DNA from: Takakia lepidozioides
Lineage: Eukaryota; Plantae; Bryophyta
Direction: 5' to 3'
Length of the DNA: 64,000 bases
NCBI GenBank assembly: GCA_030704615.1
Contig: CM060732.1
Span: 8,556,001 to 8,620,000 of the forward strand
Both the position numbers and the translations under genes were made by a program. The notes under the pieces were generated by a model. The model was not told where the DNA came from. It did no database searches and saw nothing but the letters and a program-made list of their open reading frames with translations. Of the stretch, positions 59,801 to 64,000 are shown one piece after another; position 1 is the first letter of the stretch; each line of letters opens with the position of its first letter.

Positions 59801-62800
59801 TGTTCAGGCCTAATGAGGTTTGGCAGCAAGGGCTGCAGCCATATAGCAAGAGCCTTTGCCAATATCTTGTAAGTTGAATTCAGCAGAGTAATGGGTCTAC
59901 AATTAGACATGTTAGCTTTTGGCCACTTTTTGTGGATGAGGGTAATAACGCCTTGTGCAATCTGAGAAGGCATGATGCCTTTCTCAAGGATTCTACAGCC
60001 ATCTTCAAGAAGTCTTCACCAATGCAGTCCCACATAACTTTGAAGAACTCAACAGGTAAGCCATCAAGACCTGGCGTTTTCATAGAGCTTAAAGACTCAA
60101 CAGCTTGGAGCACCTCCATAGTGGAGAACGGCCTGGAGAGAAATTGTTGGTCTTCAGCGGGAAGCAGCGAGGGGAAGACATCAAGCACATCCAACCTGTC
60201 TTGAAGCGAAAGGGGAGAGTCCGTTCCTTCCGAGAAGAGGTCAGCGAAATGGCTGGCAGCAGCAGAAGCCATTTGTTTAGGCTTGTTAACAGAGTGTCCT
60301 TTTGAATCCAAGATAAAACTGAAAAGAGTGGCCTCCCGACGCTGCCTGGATTTTTGAAAGAAGTAGGCCTTCATTTTTTTTCCCTTAAGAGAGCAATTGA
60401 TGCCAGCTCTGACTCTCATAAACTCCTCTTGCTCAGCAGACAGAATACCCAGGTTTCGTTTGGCGGTGAGGTACAAAGACATGGTGAGAGGTCCTGGGAA
60501 GCCGCTTTCCAATCTTTTTTGACAATGAGCAAGGAATTTGAGGAGGGCCTTACGCCTTCCAGATCTAACTTCAGGCACTTCCCGGGCAAGGACTTGGGCC
60601 AACTTTCTGGTAGCAAGCAGCTTGTGGAGGTATGTAATGGTAGGTGACTGGAAACCTTGACCAGAGTTCGTCCATTCGTGCTTCAGTCTCTAGACCAGCA
60701 CCTGATTCTGAAGCATCAAAGGGTTCATCTTGAAGTAACCACGGCCCCTCGAGTGAAGCCCAGGGGGGTTAAAAGAAACAGCCACAATAGCGTGGTCAAA
60801 GTTAGGTAAAATTGGACTTTGGGGAAGAGGGGAGGACCAAGAGAGAGGAGAATGAGAGCAATAGACCCCATCCAGGCGAGCCATACATAGATGGGGGGGG
60901 GTGTCTCAGGTTAGACCAAGTATACTTCAGTCCCATAGTGGAATCAGAGCAAGTATCCACAAACCCCACAGAAAAGCACAACATATCGGGCAAGCGATTT
61001 GCTCGGTATCAGAAAGAAAATGGGAGGAATAAGCAAGGCGGTCATTGAAATTGTCAACCATATTGAAGTCCTTAGCTAAGACCCAGTTTAAGATATGAGC
61101 TGACAATCTTCTCCCTAATGGAGTCCCCAAAAACAGCCCGTTCTTGAGAGTCATTTAGAGCATAGATGTTGATAAAGGTAGTGTTACCAAAAATGGAATC
61201 AGGGCAAGTGAGAAGGCATTGAACACGTCCCTGCTCCCAAATCTGCACATCTTTGATTGCTGAGGCCAACGTCGGAGTGATCAAGATAGCCATATCACCA
61301 CGAGAACTGACGACAGTGGGGTTCTACCAACACAGATTTGGTGGCCAGAAGGTATTACCAATGAGATTGATTTTGTCAAGGTCTAGCTTTGTTTCTTGAA
61401 GGAAGATGAGAGCTGGGGATGATATCAGAGAGGAGGCCCATCGTTTGACCCTTCTTCGCTTGGGCATTGACGCATCGGACCCAATTCCCCCAATGTTCCA
61501 AGAATGCAGAGTCCACGCCATGTAGGAAAAATCGAGCAGCCCTTGAAGAAGACTCCAAGATTTGCAGAATGTGCAGAGACAGGATAACCACAGCGAGTGC
61601 AAGCAGGGGAATTGCAAAAGAGCCGAGGTGCTGAAAGGGTAGGGAGCTGCAATGTCAACAGATCTGTAATGAAGGTCTGCAAGGAAGTAGCGTTCCATTT
61701 CCAGATTTGGGATTGAGATGCACAGGCCGAGCAAAGGTGAAGTCTGCCACTTCGGAGGAGGGCAGCTGCAGTTGAAGGATGGAAGCTCCAATTGCACATC
61801 AGAGAAGGCCAACTTGAGCTTAAGGAGATCTGGCATCCGTCAACCTGTGGCAAACACATCAAACCAAAGAAGAAAAAGGGGGCAACTGCAAGCAGAGCGG
61901 CGAGTCAGAGCTCACCGGGGGTGGGGGGGTGAACCCTATATCTCCTAGGGTGAAGACCTTGTCGTCATAGGGCTCCTCCTCCTCGTCCCTGGGGTTTCTT
62001 TGCTGGTACCAGAATTGCTCCACAATGAGCATCCCAGATCTGTAAATTGCCTCAAGAAATTTCCTGTTTCCAGAATCCCCAAAGCCCTGCGCCGGAATGT
62101 GCTTCCCAGCCAGCCAGGTTAGAGAAGAGAAGGAGGCTTCCTGGAGGTCCATGTCGGACAGCCTAATAGTTGGGAGGAGTTGAATAGAGTAGTTTCCTAA
62201 AGAGCATTGGTTTAGAAAAGAACCAAAGAAGATTGGAGTGGTAGGGGAGATGGTGAGCTGTGGCAGAAGAGCAAGAAAGATATTTTGGACTTTAGGCCAG
62301 AATGACATCCATCTCCTTACCCTCAGAGAGAGAAACCAGATCCTCTTGAAAAAGCCAAGAACTAGTGAAAGTGTCAGTTCTTGTGGCCAGTAAGGCAGGG
62401 GCACCTTCTGGAAATCCAAAAACCACTAATATGGACAGCAACAGACAGGGGTCCTTCCGGGGAGAAATCATCCGGGATACCCAATCTACGGAAGGATTTC
62501 AGCCTAGAACAGAAGGCCCCCAGATTGTCAGGCTCCCCTTCAGCGAGCACAAATTTAACCGCTTCTCCTCTTGATCGAGCTATTGAGGGGACCGGAGAAA
62601 TAAACACATCTCTTGGACTGAGGATGAGAGAGGGGGAGAGGGAAGATTTCACCCTTGACTTCTTGGAGGGGGGATGTCGCTTGGCAAAGCCTCCTCCCGA
62701 GGGCAAGATGAAAGAAAGGTGTCCTTCGCATGAATTCCAACTTCTTTGCCTTGCTTGGCTGCCACAGGAGAAGCAATCTGGTTAGAACTCCTCGCTTTCC
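56900..62800 (-). mobile_element. Near full-length, frameshifted LINE (APE - RT - zf-RVT)
   Basis: SWNIGGIG/FLQETK (APE, ~61500), DFNMV, RLD..Y, DHA.V, KTPGLDGLP.EFF, RPITLLN..YKI.AK, EQTGFIK, DIQKAFD, SVRQGCPLAP.LF, LYADDT, and a C-terminal FLWR..CATC..EDIEHCL.HC zinc knuckle. A minus-strand AATAAA lies near 56930. Confidence 0.92.
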
Positions 62801-62954
62801 TATTTTAAGGGCAATCAGCTTTGATGTGTCCTTCTTTATGACAAAGATGACACAAAATGCATAGATTCTCCTAAAAAACTGGAACTGTGATGTATGAGTT
62901 ATCCAACGTTGGAAGCTTTAGAGATTCCAAAATGCTAGAGGATTCAGGCATCCA

Positions 62955-64000
62955 GAACGAAGCTACCGCGTGAGCATGAGCGTGTGAGCGTAGGGTGACG
63001 TGGCGCGAGCGCAGGCTCACACCAGCTGATGTGGCGTGAGCGTAGGGACACGCTGACGTGGCATGAGCGTGAGGCTCACGTGGCGAGGGCCTACTGACAT
63101 GTCGTTATTCTGCTGACGTGGCAGTCGATAAAATGACGTGGCATTTGGACAACGTGGCGGATGCCATGTCAGCAGAAACATATAGCACCTATAGCCGAGG
63201 GGCCTATAGCCGTGGCATTCATTCATCCAAAACACCACAAATGAAAATCCAGGAACGACTTGTGAAAGCATTCGCATCCCTTCCATTTATTTTGCAACGA
63301 TTTCACACAAGAAATGGCACACATTGCACAACATAATTGGAGGCTGGACTGGTACAAATATACGAAGGGACATCAAGTTCAAGTTTCAATTCATGTCAAA
63401 TCCAGTAAAGAAAATTGCAGATGACCAAAGTGAAGCGGATGCTATGTGCTATCCCAGTGCATAAGTGTATTCACCTCGTTGAAACTCATGGTGGCCTGGT
63501 GAATGAAGATGTCGCGTCTGGGATCACAAACCATTCCGTTCAAGTCTAAGATAAAATACAGATGCTTGCAGGGTATAAATTTTCCTCTCTTTCCCAAACT
63601 TGTTGAAAGCATGTCAACAAAATCAGGACAAGGTGCAGTTGGGGAAATTTGAAACTGTGATGTCGTAGAATCTGTCATGCATAGCAGATGTGGAGGTCAT
63701 CATAGTGTAGATCCGACCATACTCGGGATGTGGAACTTCCGTAGTGCCTATAACACGACCTTGAAGCATTCGAGCGGATTCCATCTTGTCGAAGTGTTCA
63801 GCAGACGGAGGGAAACAACGAACCAGCTTCCCATTTTGTTTTGTTGACCATGCATCAGCTTTGGGTGGTGGCACTCGAGAACTTGCTGAAGTAGAGGCAC
63901 TTGCATGTACAAAGGGTTGTCGCTGAAGGGAGAAGCCTGCCTCCTCCAACATGGCAATCTCCTGAGTTGTGAGATGTGTCCCCACCTTCACATGCCAAAC
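62955..64000 (-). mobile_element. 3' end of a MULE/SWIM element (same family as 20.5-22.8 kb), continuing past the right edge
   Basis: YDITVSNFPNCT / CPDF..GKRGKFIPCKHLYFI (SWIM), and THLTTQEIAMLEEAGF parallels TNLTQDEVDALTATGF at 21 kb. Terminal GTGAGCATGAGCGT/ACGTGGC repeats at 62960-63170. Confidence 0.75.

Overview
This is eukaryotic, intron-containing, transposon-rich DNA. It probably comes from a seed-free land plant, inferred from PLS-class PPR fragments, plant-type GMPPA/RPS21/MOS11 genes and Physcomitrium/fern-like TE families. It holds three host genes: a 12+-exon GMPPA/KONJAC-type mannose-1-phosphate guanylyltransferase alpha (minus strand, running off the left edge), a SAP-domain THO1/MOS11-like gene, and RPS21, the last two arranged head-to-head. 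About 45 kb of nested transposons lie between GMPPA and that pair, and more follow RPS21: LINEs, Mutator-like (MULE/SWIM) elements, CACTA elements, Ty3/Gypsy elements, a tRNA-headed SINE split by a fold-back element, and a TTAA-flanked piggyBac-like MITE. The most striking element is a decayed Ty3/Gypsy retrotransposon (about 41.7-47.3 kb, minus strand). Its pol reads protease - DNMT3-like C5 cytosine methyltransferase (motifs I, II, IV, VI, VIII, IX and X in unpermuted order) - RT - RNase H - integrase - PHD finger, so it encodes both a DNA-methylation writer and a likely histone reader. The second highlight is a 7.5-kb Pack-CACTA element (TIRs plus ACA target-site duplication) carrying duplicated fragments of an OSB-type PDF-motif/PLS-PPR fusion gene and of an FCP1/NIF-like phosphatase. 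All calls come from reading the sequence by eye; no searches were run.
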